Part shown: piece after piece, positions 24,807 through 36,430 of the stretch
Layout: each line of letters opens with the position of its first letter
Numbering within the stretch: position 1 is the stretch's first letter
Assembly: GCA_022813865.1 (NCBI GenBank)
Contig: JALDZX010000024.1
Span: 248,001 to 312,000 of the forward strand
DNA: 64,000 nucleotides
Reading direction: 5' to 3'
Origin: Xylographa opegraphella
Lineage: Eukaryota
Notes under the pieces: model-generated
Databases searched by the model: none
The model's input: the letters and a program-made list of their open reading frames with translations, nothing else
Told to the model about the DNA's origin: nothing
Made by a program: the position numbers and the translations under genes

Positions 24807-25140
24807 TGCCGCGTTCGTAGAACTTCCTTGTTGAGGGGTACTAAGTGATGTCCCATGAAGCTTACTGATTTTTGTTTACCAATGCTGAATCTTAGCCATG
24901 ACGTACCGAAATGACATGGGTCCTAGGCGGCTCGGCGGGTACAGCCGTAGCCGATCGGATGGAATTCAGGTGTGGTGGGTTGATTCGCCTGGCAGGGTCG
25001 CCAGCCTTGCATTTCCTAACGTCCCACGATCTCCTTCTATTGTTTTAAAGCACCTTGGGACAGTATCCGGGAGTTTGCTCACCTCTATTGAAATAGGCCA
25101 GGATCAAGAACAGGGTAGCGTTTCAAAACCACTTAACAAG

Positions 25141-25613
25141 ATGTCTATCCCCAATGAAGCTCTCCAAAAGGTCTACCATAGAATGTCATCATCCACGAAT
25201 GCGTTGCTAACATAGTTACAGCTGGTCCAGGAGATTGAAACTCAAGCTATATCGGCGCAGCGTGAGATCAATGTAGTGAAGACTACTATATCAAGCAAGC
25301 AACGAGACGCACGTCTTCTTGAGCTCACCTCAAGCGAGCTCAAGATCTTACCGAAGGACACCAAAGTATACGAGGGGGTCGGTAAAATGTAGATCGGATC
25401 GGGAAGGTTCTTAGCGAGTCACGACAAGACTGATCGCTCATCAGGTTTGTTTTCAAGCCAACGGCAGAAGTAGAGAAGCGCCTTTCGTCGGAGATCACGG
25501 AGCTGAAATCGGACGTATCTAATCTGAATAAGAAGCTACACTACTTGGAAACGACGCACAAGAACAGCCGCGAGCATATCGATCAGATCTTTCGATCCAG
25601 AGGACGTTCCTGA
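25141..25613 (+). CDS. PFD1: Prefoldin subunit 1
   Basis: MSIPNEALQK|LVQEIETQA..TKVYEGVGKM|FV..KKLHYLETTHKNSREHI; two introns. Mostly missed by the ORF track. Confidence 0.92.
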
Positions 25614-27120
25614 GCTTCACTGTCAGAAGGGAGCCAATTACTAGCAGTACAAGCACTGCGAAAAGGCCCTGAAGAAGACCGAAGAGGACAATCTTCGCGG
25701 GAACATGCACCCCAGCCCATTGTTATCTGATGGGCTTAACGGTGTGGAATTCTTACTACTTTGCTCATCGGCTCTACACATCCTAGGCACCAATTGCAAA
25801 CATTTTTACCGTGATGTGTGCGTCCGATGAAGGGTTTCACGGCCGCTTCTGGGATTGCAGCGTGCGTAACGAAGAGTGTGATATGGTATGTGCTGGGTGT
25901 TTGGGTAGTTGCAGCACGGACTCTGTGGTTGTGGGCTGGGATTAGTTTCAGCAAACTGATGTCCTACGGTACTCAATACATCAGCGCATGGCTTCGTTGA
26001 CATACTTTCATTCTCATGCCAACTCTATCCTCTCGAAAGGTTGGCTCGATTTGTCAAAAGCTCGCTCAAAAATCAGCCACTTCACCGAGGTTTTGGCCTG
26101 GCAATTGAAGCGTTAGGTAGAGGAATGGATGAAGTTAAGCTTCCAGTCGGACGAGAACACCTGGTAATATGACGTGCTCTATCTTCCTACTCATGCGATG
26201 ATGTTCAGTATTACCAAGTAGCAGCTGCATCTTATCACAATACCTTATGGAAGGAATCGCTATACGCAGTATTCCGTCTGCATGTCCGAGACTTGTTTCC
26301 GCCCCCAGACAAGGCCTCTGAGACGAGACTAACTACCTTGGGGCAGCCGTCGCGGAATTAGCCGCCAGCGACTCCACTCTCATTGGCCACATGTCTGCAG
26401 CTTATGCCCACACCGGTACCACAGTAGAAAAAGACGTTTTGCGATCCAGAAAGTGAGCCACAGAGCGCGCGTTGGCAAGCCGATGTTGCAAATCTCTCTG
26501 CACTATACTGACCGGCGCTTTCAGCGATGTCTGCTCTGTGGTTGCCCTAGCGTCTCAGCTTGCGCATGTTGCGTGAAGGAGGCCACTGACTGGAACATCA
26601 TGCAACTCCCTGCTGTCCGGCCTAAATAAATGAGAGAACCAGGGACTTGTGCATATCGTAGGGCTAGAACGCGGCAAATCAATTGGATGCTTTCCCTCTA
26701 GCATGCCGACGCCCATTAAATTAGGCCGATTTTGACGCACCGTCTGTGGTGAAGCTCTGAGAGCTGAAAAGAGAAGGTCTGGCTGAAAATGAGACGGCCG
26801 GCCACTGACGGAGCAGGGCAGCCACCAGAAATGACCGGCGCCGAACATTACTTCAAAAGCCTCCCCACCTCCGGCTGGGGATCACTTTTCCTATGTATTT
26901 CTTGTTCATTTATCGCGTGATATTACGACTCTCTCTCACCACGGACCGACTCGTGCACCATTTCGTCCGAGCATAGTTGCCAATTTACGCTGCGAAGCGA
27001 AGCCACTCTACCCGCTCCAACAAATCCTTCACGCCTGAAAAACTATTCGTGCCTCAAAACCCTGCCATCAATCATCCGACCACACGCCTCCATTCTGATC
27101 GAAAGTGCCGATTGTGGCAG

Positions 27121-28325
27121 ATGGATTGGCCGGGCTACGACACTCCTCCCCCGGTTGTCATCAACGCTGGCCGACCAGGTCACTTCCGACCCCGCCAAGC
27201 CAGCGCCCACATGATGCCTCAACAACCAGCTTACTACACAGGTCCAAATGGCCAGCTTCTTGTCCCGGCGCAAGGAGCCCATCACCGCTCCAACTCTGCC
27301 TCTGGGTACCAACAGCCCGCGCAGGTGATCATTAACAATGACAATCAGCTCGCGATGATGGAAGAATACGGTGCCGGAAGGCCACGGAGCAAACACGACA
27401 GTAGGCATGACCACCACCGTGTCACTTACTATCGTGAAGACGAGTATTCGGATCGAGAAAGATCGCGGTCACGATCCCGAGTCCGTCGCCGGACGCCATC
27501 ACCTTATTATGAGAGGGAGAGCGAGTACGAGATAGCTATACGATTGAGGCGGCTTGATGAGATGGAACGGAAAGAAGAGGATGAGCGACGCAAGAAGCGT
27601 ATTGAGGAAGAGCTCATTGTCGAAGCGGCGAAGAAAGAGGCAGCAGCGAGGGCGCGAAAGAAGGAGGAGGAGGAACTGAAGAAGCATGCGATCGAGGAAT
27701 ACAACAAAAAGCAAGCGGAGGAGAAGGAGAAGAAGAAAAAAGCAGCGGAGGCAGCCGACAAGGAGTACAGAGAACGTATGACGAAGACTTTGCATGCGAA
27801 TGGCTACTCCGATCATGAAATCGAGGAGATCTTACGGAAAGGGGACGGGAAGCACCACGAACATGTCCATGAGCATCATTCAAATGAGATCATACAGGTT
27901 GGGCATGGTGGACACGGTGGCCATGGTCACGGACCGGAGATTGTACATGTGCATGATCATGCAATGACTGTCGTGCCGCTGAACCGACCGACGCATATTA
28001 AAGTCAACAAAAAACACCTGGATATCGAGACACTGGAATTCTACCAGTACCCCTGGCACTGGGATCAGGCAAGCTTTCCTCCATTGAACTTCTACCTAGA
28101 GATTGTTCATGTACTAACTTTATGTCCCAATAGGATGACCCAGACTTCATCATCATCAGACAATGGGTTCCGGAGCATGAGCAAGAGATGCTCTTTGAGC
28201 ACACCCGCAAGCGCCGTGAGACAAGACTTATGATCACCAGAACGGAGCTTAAGAAGGAACACAACCAACTCTTACTTGTCAGGAAAAGGGAGCACGTGCG
28301 CAAGAAGTCGCCCGCGAGGCACTGA
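27121..28325 (+). CDS. Conserved fungal hypothetical protein with charged coiled coil
   Basis: RSRSR tract, E/K-rich coiled coil, His-rich linker; C-terminal block RPTHIKVNKKHLDIETLEFYQYPWHWD|DDPDFIIIRQWVPEHEQEMLFEHTRK across one intron. Start codon uncertain. Confidence 0.8.
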
Positions 28326-30421
28326 AGATCTCCCGCGCTCCGGAGAGATATTCGAGACGAGACTATTGACGTTTATGAGTTTCCTGCAATCTAGAATATC
28401 GATGTGAAGTGGATCGGTGCATCAAGGTTTTGGATTCCTTAGCGTCAGCTGCGTGAGGTAATCTGTTCAATCTGGTCCATCTTGGCTTGTGATCTTGGGT
28501 CATGATATGTTTAGAGTCTGAATGCATAGTGCTTTCCTTTCAATTATGCAAATAAATCTTCTGCCAATGCCGCTTCCAGTGAGCTGTCCATACTTTGCCG
28601 CCCGGAATTGATGCACACTAAGATTTGCATTTATATACTTTGCTTCTGTTCACAACAGGGTTTACGTCCGAGCCTTTCTAGCGATCCTTGGTATCTTCTC
28701 TGCCAATCTAGTATGAGGTGTTTCGAGTTCGGTATGCAGATACAAAAGTTTCGATTACTCCACCACTTATTAATCCGACCAGGATTCATGGTTCCTTGCG
28801 CCTTTGGGTATGAAATCCAATCTATGTATCTTCAGAATCCTTACATCCAAAGTCGATGGTGACTCAACTGTACTTAACTTTGACCTTGGAAGAGCCTAAA
28901 CTGCTGCGTGGGACGACTGCATGGCTGGCGGGGTGAGCTTTGCAATGGTTTCATGCCAAAATGTGATCCTTATTCTCATCAGCGTTTAATGTTTGCATCA
29001 TTTTACCAAACTCAATGTCACAAACAGCCTGCTCGAGCTTCGAAGTCAATTGCTATCTCTGTCAAAACTTCTCAAGGCTGCCAGCCTCAATGGCTAATAC
29101 AAGTTTAAGTTCGTGATCGTTCTGCACGTGTGATCTGAGTCTTGCATCATTCTCATACATAAAAAGGCTCCAATTCCCAACTTCCTTTTTCTTCGCACAC
29201 AAATCTCCTGACTTTCTCCACAGCTTACAAGTCCAGTCGTTCCGCCTCATCTATCTCTTTCATCGTAAGCACAATTCAATCTTCCTCCCTTCACTTTACC
29301 AATTATTATACTAACTGTCTCTTTACACCTATTACACTCCCACTGTTTTCATTTGCACCTCTAGGCCGCACTCGGACGTACACCAGCGTCTATACGTTTC
29401 CTACTGGATGAGCGCCCCTATGCCGCTCTTGGATAACCAACCTGTGTCTATCAATTTTGCACTGGCATCTTCCTCGATCTGGACTGGAACGTCCGTTGAT
29501 CTAGGCTAGGAACTTCTCCAACTGAAGCTGGACTTCATTACCCCTGAATTGGACTTCCGTAGATCTGGACTGGATTCTCTATCGACGGGCTCAAATAGCA
29601 TGAACACCACTCGAAGATGACCAAACCAAAGGGAGGTGTTTCGAGGCTAACGAACAATTCATCTATAGTAAGCCTAGCCCTCCAATATTAGATAAATCTA
29701 AATTGTTTATTTTCAAAATTGACTACTTCTCCAAAACGGATTTCTGTTCCTTGCGTCTTCAAGCCACAACTTCGTCAGCATCAGCTTGATTCGGTTCACC
29801 GGCGCCCCTAAGCCGCATACCGATGGACTCGAGACCAGCTTCTACGTTACTGAATCGCGGCCCGAATACCAAACCTTGATCAGTGGGGAGGCATCTTAAG
29901 GCCAGCACAAGAGAAAGCAACAGTAAGCATCCCTTACTTTTATACAAAATCTGGCGCTGACCACCTCGTATGTACTGATTACTTCACTGACATCCAATTA
30001 CCATATACTATTTCAAGTCAGCTACTTGGACATGATATATGATCATCCACCCTCATGCCATCCACCACTCTCATATAGCCGCAGTATAACCTCTAGCACT
30101 TGGACTCTCATCCCCTTCTAGCATTATTCCCTTCCCGAATCGAGAGCGTGTTCGAAATCTGTTTGCTGACATTAACTGGTCTACATTGTTATTATCCGCC
30201 AGCTTATTATAGGGCTGGAATTATGAATCGTGATGGAGTGGGTAAAGCGTGCGAGGTGGCCGAGGGTGGGGGCAGTAGTGGAAGATAGCATTGTGTGGGT
30301 GGTGATGGAGCTGAATGCCTCTGATGGGAGCGATGCAGAGGTGGGTAACGTCCAGCGTTATAGCGGTCGTTTTGGCATTTCCATACAGTTTGACCATTAT
30401 TTGCAATTAGGGGTTCACTTA

Positions 30422-30462
30422 ACGTCCCTCCCTGCATAGCGAGACACCCTCCGTGCCGAGAC
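30422..30462 (+). repeat. Left terminal inverted repeat
   Basis: acgtccctccctgcatagcgagacaccctccgtgccgagac, preceded by TA. Confidence 0.95.
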
Positions 30463-31338
30463 GGATGAGTGGTACTTCGACTTTGAGCAACTCGATATCC
30501 TTGCACACGATAAGATTCGCTGCAGTTCGGAGTAACTTACGTGCCATGACTCTCTATAAACACCTTAGGCCTCTCTTGCGTAAAAATTACCTCTGCATCG
30601 TTGCCTTCACGCATAAGTTACAAACAGCCTTCTTTGTACGCGTAATAATGTCCCTTCATTGCAGCAATACATATGAGCTTATACTATTAGATACACCTAC
30701 CAAGAACTGTTCTCCTGCAGTCAGAGTCCTATAATCGCGCGGAAAGCCATAATCTGGCTCGCGTCCGTCACGAGGCCTGTGTTCATGCAAGATCGCGACG
30801 TCGATCGGTACCTCGGCTACTGCCGTGCAGCCCCATACCTTTCTACGTAATCATCGTGTTGTAATTTACTTGCCGTGGCTGACAGATTTGTGGCTTTGCG
30901 GTTTGGAAGCAGGCGTTCGCATAGCCCCGGTTTTGAATAACAGTCTAAAAAGTCAACGCTATACTCTGCTAGCAAACAGAGCATGACTATATTAATTTCA
31001 ATTTTCCTATTCCTTCCGATCACCAAACAGCTTGCGGCACTTCAATAACGATAGGCTTAACTCGTCCCAGGATTCTCAGTGCGCAGTCCATAGGCTACCC
31101 GTAGAGTGAGCGATATTATGGATGTCTCTGTGAACTGTGGCTGTCTTTGCCATATGACGGCGAGCCTGCGCCACGAATGCAGCTTCGTGTGCAGCGCCCT
31201 CTACCACCAGGCAGTCTTTTCGTGAGCAACACATCTTTCCGTCGATGCTTGAGATATAGGTTTTGCACCAATATGCTCAACGTGTTACTCAAGTAGCGTC
31301 TGTCCGAGAACGTGTCTACCCGCTCCTTATGCCTCACG

Positions 31339-33853
31339 ATGCGCCTCTTGGAGCGCAAACCTAACGGCGACCTCGTCTTTCGCGAATTCACTGATAAAGA
31401 CGTCCCAGCCTACGCAATCCTCTCTCATACTTGGTTAGCAAACAATAACGAAGAGGTTAGCTTTCAAGATGTAGAGGCGGACACCGGCAAGAGCAAGGCT
31501 GGGTGGGGGAAGATACAGTTCTGCGCGGACAAGGCTGTAGCTGATGGTCTTCGATACTTCTGGGTAGATACCTGCTGCATTGATAAAAAGAATAGCACAG
31601 AGCTCTCTAAAGCTATCAACTCCATGTTCCGCTGGTATCAGAAGGCTGCTCGGTGTTATGTCTATCTCATAGATGTCTCGGCATATGATGGCAAAGAGAC
31701 GCCTCAGCAATACGTCTTTCGTTGGGAGGCGACCTTCAGGAAAAGCCGATGGTTTATGCGAGGTTGGACGCTTCAGGAGTTGCTTGCACCCACATCAGTG
31801 GACTTCTTCAGCTTAGAGGGCGAGCGATTGGGTAGCAAGCTATCATTGGAGATCATTATCCACGACATTACCGGCATTCCAAGGCCAGCTTTAAGAGGAA
31901 AGCCTTTAGATGGCTTTGGCCGTGATGAGCGGATGTCTTGGGCATCACACCGGCAAACCAAGGAAGAAGAAGATCAAGTCTATTCCTTACTTGGCATTTT
32001 CGACGTTTCCATGCCGCTCATCTATGGAGAAGGGAAGGAGAAGGCTTATAAACGACTCCAGGAAGGGACTGAAAAGATCTACAAGGGTAGGTACTCTTGA
32101 TTCAAACACTTACCGACCGATGGAGCTGACCGAACTAGAGGATGATTCCGATCAATTTGCCGTCGGTTTCGATCTTTTAGCCGTTCCCGAAGCTGCGCAA
32201 TTCGTTGCAAGAGAGAACGAGCTAGCCGAGATGCGCCGGTTGTTGCACGGCCACAAGTCTCGATCGGCTGTCGTTCTTCATGGTCTGGGAGGGATCGGAA
32301 AGACTCAGCTGGCCATTGAATATATCACACGGCATAAGGATAAATATACGGCGGTCTTCTGGTTTGAATGCAAATGATGAGGATTCTCTTAAGTTAGGTT
32401 TTCGAGATATCGCCCAACGTGTCCTCGAGGACCAGAAGGACAAGCCTTCCACCAGTATGCTTGCCAGCGTGGACTTGAATGAAAACCTCGATCAAATAGT
32501 TACGACAGTTAAGACCTGGTTTAACCTCCAAAGAAACACGCGGTGGCTGATAATCTATGACAACTACGACAACCCCCGGACACCTGGCAATCTCGACCAC
32601 TCGGCATTCAATATACGCGGATTCCTCCCCCGAGCTGATCACGGTTCGATTATCATTACGACAAGATCGGCCAAAGTCAGTCAGGGTCATCGCATCCACG
32701 TTCAGAAGTTGCCAAATATTCACGAAGGCCTTGAGATTCTTTCAAACACGTCCAAACGGGAGAATATCGAAAACAGTAGGTTATTTAAGAAATAAAGATA
32801 TAGTTTTAAGCGACGCTGATCAAAACAGACTGTAATGCTATAGCGCTAGTTAAAGAACTAGACGGCCTGCCTCTTGCTCTTTCTGCGGCTGGTGCGTATT
32901 TGGAACACGTGACCACGAGTTTCTCGGATTATCTTCGGCTTTATAAGGCGTCGTGGTTGAAGCTTCAGATGACGAGCCCACAATCAAGTTCCTATGAGGA
33001 TCGCTCACTGTACACGACATGGCAGATCACCTTCGATAGGATCGAACAACAGAATGCTGCATCAGCCAAATTGCTTAAGTTGTGGGCATATTTTAATAAA
33101 CAGGACGTGTGGTTCGAACTCCTTCGATATACAAATTCCGCGGACGATAAATGGATACAGCATCTCGCTGAGGACGAATTAAACTTCGACGAGGCCGTTG
33201 CGCTGCTGTGCAGCTTTGGACTGGTTAATATAGACCGGTCTCTTCAGCAGCAGTTCGCGTCTAAAAGATACAGTGTGCACAGCTGTGTACACTCGTGGAC
33301 GGTGTTTGTACTTAATAAGAAGTGGGATGAGGGCTTAGCAAGGCTGGCCTTAACTTGCGTAGCCTCATCCGTTCCTAGCACAAATGAAAAGGACTGGTGG
33401 CTCTTTCAACAACGACTCCTTCAACACGCGACACGACAGGACCTCTTTATAGTGGATGGCAAGGTAGATATAAAGGGACTGGATTGGGTCTTTCATAACC
33501 TGGGCAATCTTTACTTCCATCAAGGTAAGCTGGCCGAGGCGAAGAAGATGTACATTCGAGCGCTGCAAGGCAAGGAGGAGGCATTTGGACCGGACCACAC
33601 ATCGACACTTGATACGGTCAACAACCTAGGCATTCTTTACTCCGATCAAGGCAAGCTGGCCGAGGCGGAGAAGATGTACATTCGAGCGCTGCAAGGCTAC
33701 GAAGAAGCACTTGGACCGGACCACACATCGACACTTGATACGGTCAACAACCTAGGCATTCTTTACAAGAATCAAGGCAAGCTGGCCGAGGCGGAAAAGA
33801 TGTATATTCGAGCGCTGCAGGGCTACGAGCACGCCCTCGAGCATCTACTTTAA
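31339..33853 (+). pseudogene. Fungal NLR: HET domain - NB-ARC - TPR repeats; one +1 frameshift (true lesion or sequence error)
   Basis: HET motifs YAILSHTW, YFWVDTCCIDK, AINSMFRWY, SRWFMRGWTLQELLAP. NB-ARC Walker A GLGGIGKTQLA, Walker B WLIIYDNYD, IIITTR, DGLPLAL. Then 42-aa TPRs. Introns 32087-32138 and 32776-32828; extra T in the TTT run at 32363-32365. Confidence 0.92.
33494..33853 (+). repeat. 126-bp (42-aa) TPR coding repeats, about 2.8 copies
   Basis: Units start at 33494, 33620 and 33746; consensus NNLGILYxxQGKLAEAEKMYIRALQGYEEALGPDHTSTLDTV with near-identical DNA. Confidence 0.95.
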
Positions 33854-33883
33854 CATGTTCTTATGAAACCTACGCAACTCCTT

Positions 33884-35708
33884 CTAATACATTCGCGCCA
33901 CTGGTGCCCTCCATGACTCTAGAACCTTGCTCACCCGTGTCACTTCAGTCTCTGTCTCTGGCACACCCTGCTCTGGCTCAGCACTCTGGCGCTTACGACT
34001 GCGTTTTTTCTTGCCCGAGGATGTTTTCTCTTTCACAGCACGTTTCGCTTGTGCCTCCTCGAGGTCCTTATAGCTCATCACCTTTGCCTTTCCTAGGACC
34101 ACTGACCTTGTCGACCGGCGAACTTTGGCTTCGTTGTTTATTTTGACCAAGAATTGATTTTGATTCTTGAGGAGGGCACATTCGGCAAAAGATACTCGAG
34201 CAGCACTTGCAAGCTTCTGTACGTGCTTCTGTAGGCGCTGTTTTCTTATTTTATCAAGCGTATGAGCGTCCTGTTTGATCAAATTATGCAATAGTATAAG
34301 AGCCTCTGCTGTAATTGGTGTTACGGGTGTTTGCGGTACCTCGTCTTGCGCATAAAGAACGACCGCTACCTTATCGGCTCTTGATATGGTCAGCTAAGCT
34401 GGGGGCTTCGGTGTATCTCTAAGTACTCTCCCTGGGTTAAATGGAAACAAACCGGTTGCGGCCCAGCCGGCCTGGATGTTCCTCTTGTTTATACAGAGAA
34501 GTAAAATGCTCTTTGCCGACTGTATACACGCCTCCTCGATTTAGCCGTTCCACCTGGTCACGATAGGCTGTCTTCAGGGGGGCAAAGGGTCCGACGTCAC
34601 AGGGCTGGAGCTTGTGGGAGGTGTGAGATGGGAGACGGCACAGAATAATGTTATTTGCAAGGCAAAACTCCAGGATCTCCAGCGTTTCGTGTGTCCCAAA
34701 GTCATCGCAGATAAGCACTCGTGGTCTCCTGTTAGCCAGTCCTTTGGTTTGAGGATCAAAAACACGCTTCTGTCACTCTAAGCTGATCTTTGAGTCATTG
34801 TATCACTTTTCAGAATGTCCATAATGCCATCCAGGGGTTGGGTAAGTGGTCCAGTTGCTTCGGTGGGTTGCAGCTGGCCAGATTATCAGAGGTAGCAGCG
34901 ACCTACCGTCAGCGCTTATACACTCGATTGCAGTCACCATGGTGCGCTTAAAACCCGCGCCTCTATAGTCCCGGAAATCATCCTTACCCACAAGGACTTT
35001 CACGGAGCCAAGCTTGCTTAGCATGACTCCCGTTTCGTCCATGTTGTAAACATTGTCTGGTAGTACAGCTGGATCCTGTAAGACCATGCTAACCATCTGG
35101 AACCACTCTACGATCTTATCATATATATTATTCTCGTATCGTTTCCAATCGATCGCCCTGACTCTTCTCGCCCTGACTCTTCTCGCCCTGACTCTTCTCG
35201 CCCTGACTCTTCTCGCCCTGACTCTTCTCGCCCTGACTCTTCTCGCCCTGACTCTTCTCGCCCTGACTCTTCTCGCCCTGACTCTTCTCGCCCTGACTCT
35301 TCTCGCCCTGACTCTTCTCGCCCTGACTCTTCTCGCCCTGACTCTTCTCGCCCTAAGTGTGGGATGGCGTTTCTCGAAGACCCGAGCCCAGTTTTTGCCT
35401 GAAGGCTTGATTGGTTTATTCGTTGCGGACTGCCGGCGGGCGATACTAAAAGCTAGTGAAGGTATAACCTTTTTTCGCACAGGGTGCCCAAGACTAGACA
35501 GTAGTAACAAAAACTTAATCATCGCTTTCTCTTCCTCTGGAGTAAGGTATTGTTGGCGTTGGGCCTTTGCTTCTTTTGACTCTCGACCACGATAACGATG
35601 TTGGAGAGTAGAGTGAGAGACACCGCTCTTGTCTGCTAGGGCACGGTATGATCTAGATTTCTCGTCTGCACAAAGAACTTTCGCCAGCACCTGGCTGGCT
35701 CGGTCCAT
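33884..35708 (-). pseudogene. pogo/Fot1-like transposase (HTH + CENP-B-type HTH + DDE_1), inactivated
   Basis: YLTPEEEKA, GKNWARVFEKRH, YNMDETG, LICD(D)FGTH, LPSHTSHKLQPCDVGPF (35 residues between 2nd and 3rd Asp). Stops at 34803-34805, 34773-34775 and 34394-34396; frameshift near 34490. Confidence 0.93.
35154..35354. repeat. Perfect 15-bp minisatellite x13 inside the transposase, encoding (RARRV)13
   Basis: cgccctgactcttct repeated with no mismatch over 201 bp. Confidence 0.97.
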
Positions 35709-36224
35709 AATAAATGAAGTAAGAATGCGCAGTTACGAGCAACAGTGAGCGCGCACTCTGCCGCTCCGGTCTGCTCCCAAAATAGCCTACACGTGACATC
35801 CATAGAAAGTTCGAGAAGAACGCCACAATTAGATGCATCTAGCATAGTGTAGAATATGATACAGTATTATTAAGCGCACTAAGTTTGTCTGTCAAGACTT
35901 ATAATCCACCTCCTGGTCCGGACAAACTCGGAGTATACACTTTTATTATCTAAGTGTCTTCAAAATAAAGGGCAAGATTCTGTGATAATAGGACTGTCGT
36001 TAAAAGAAACCGAGATTCGAAATTATGTGGATGGGCATAGTAAAGTAGGGGTGTAAAGCTGAAATCGGTTTAAATGCTGTAAATAGAACGAGCGATAACA
36101 TGACCAGCGTCGCTGTTATTTTCTTGCTGTAAGCTTGATTTTCAAGGACGAATGTTTAAAGAATAATATTATGTTAAACGTAACCTTAAATTTCGACGAG
36201 GGAGGGAGTTTAAAGAGTCGGTGT

Positions 36225-36265
36225 GTCTCGGCACGGAGGGTGTCTCGCTACGCAGGGAGGGACGT
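36225..36265 (-). repeat. Right terminal inverted repeat
   Basis: gtctcggcacggagggtgtctcgctacgcagggagggacgt followed by TA; reverse complement of 30422-30462 except C36251 versus A30436. Confidence 0.95.
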
Positions 36266-36430
36266 TACGGGAACTGTTCGCTGGAACCCCGCTAAGACTT
36301 GGCACTAAGACGACGTAACTGCTCCGCTAATGGCCCACTAATAACCATTTGACGTTGAGGAGTATTGGTCAGTCTTTCCACTCTATTTTGTCCCCTCCCA
36401 GCTTCCAACATCAAAGAAGACACCCATATA

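Larger units (their letters stand above)
30422..36265. mobile_element. pogo/Fot1-type (Tc1/mariner superfamily, DD35D) DNA transposon, 5844 bp, carrying an NLR cargo gene; now non-autonomous
   Basis: 41-bp TIRs starting ACGT (30422-30462 and 36225-36265, 1 mismatch), TA immediately outside both ends (30420-30421 and 36266-36267), internal DDE_1-type transposase. Confidence 0.93.

Noticed and set aside
28400..30419. Possible gene left of the transposon (signal-like ORF 29759-29947 and intron-like motifs near 29970-30200)
   Set aside because: No consistent stop-free exon chain could be built on either strand; it may be a relic but I cannot support a call.
33494..35354. Regular repeats as a possible CRISPR-like array
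   Set aside because: Units are head-to-tail with no unique spacers, lie in coding frames (TPR and RARRV), and the DNA is eukaryotic.
35053..35595. + strand ORF with (ALTLL)13 that looks like a membrane or repeat protein
   Set aside because: It is the antisense shadow of the transposase minisatellite; the minus strand carries the recognisable motifs.
30422..36265. Starship or LTR retroelement interpretation of the cargo element
   Set aside because: No tyrosine-recombinase captain, no gag/pol and no long direct repeats; TIRs, TA duplication and DD35D indicate a pogo/Fot1 element.
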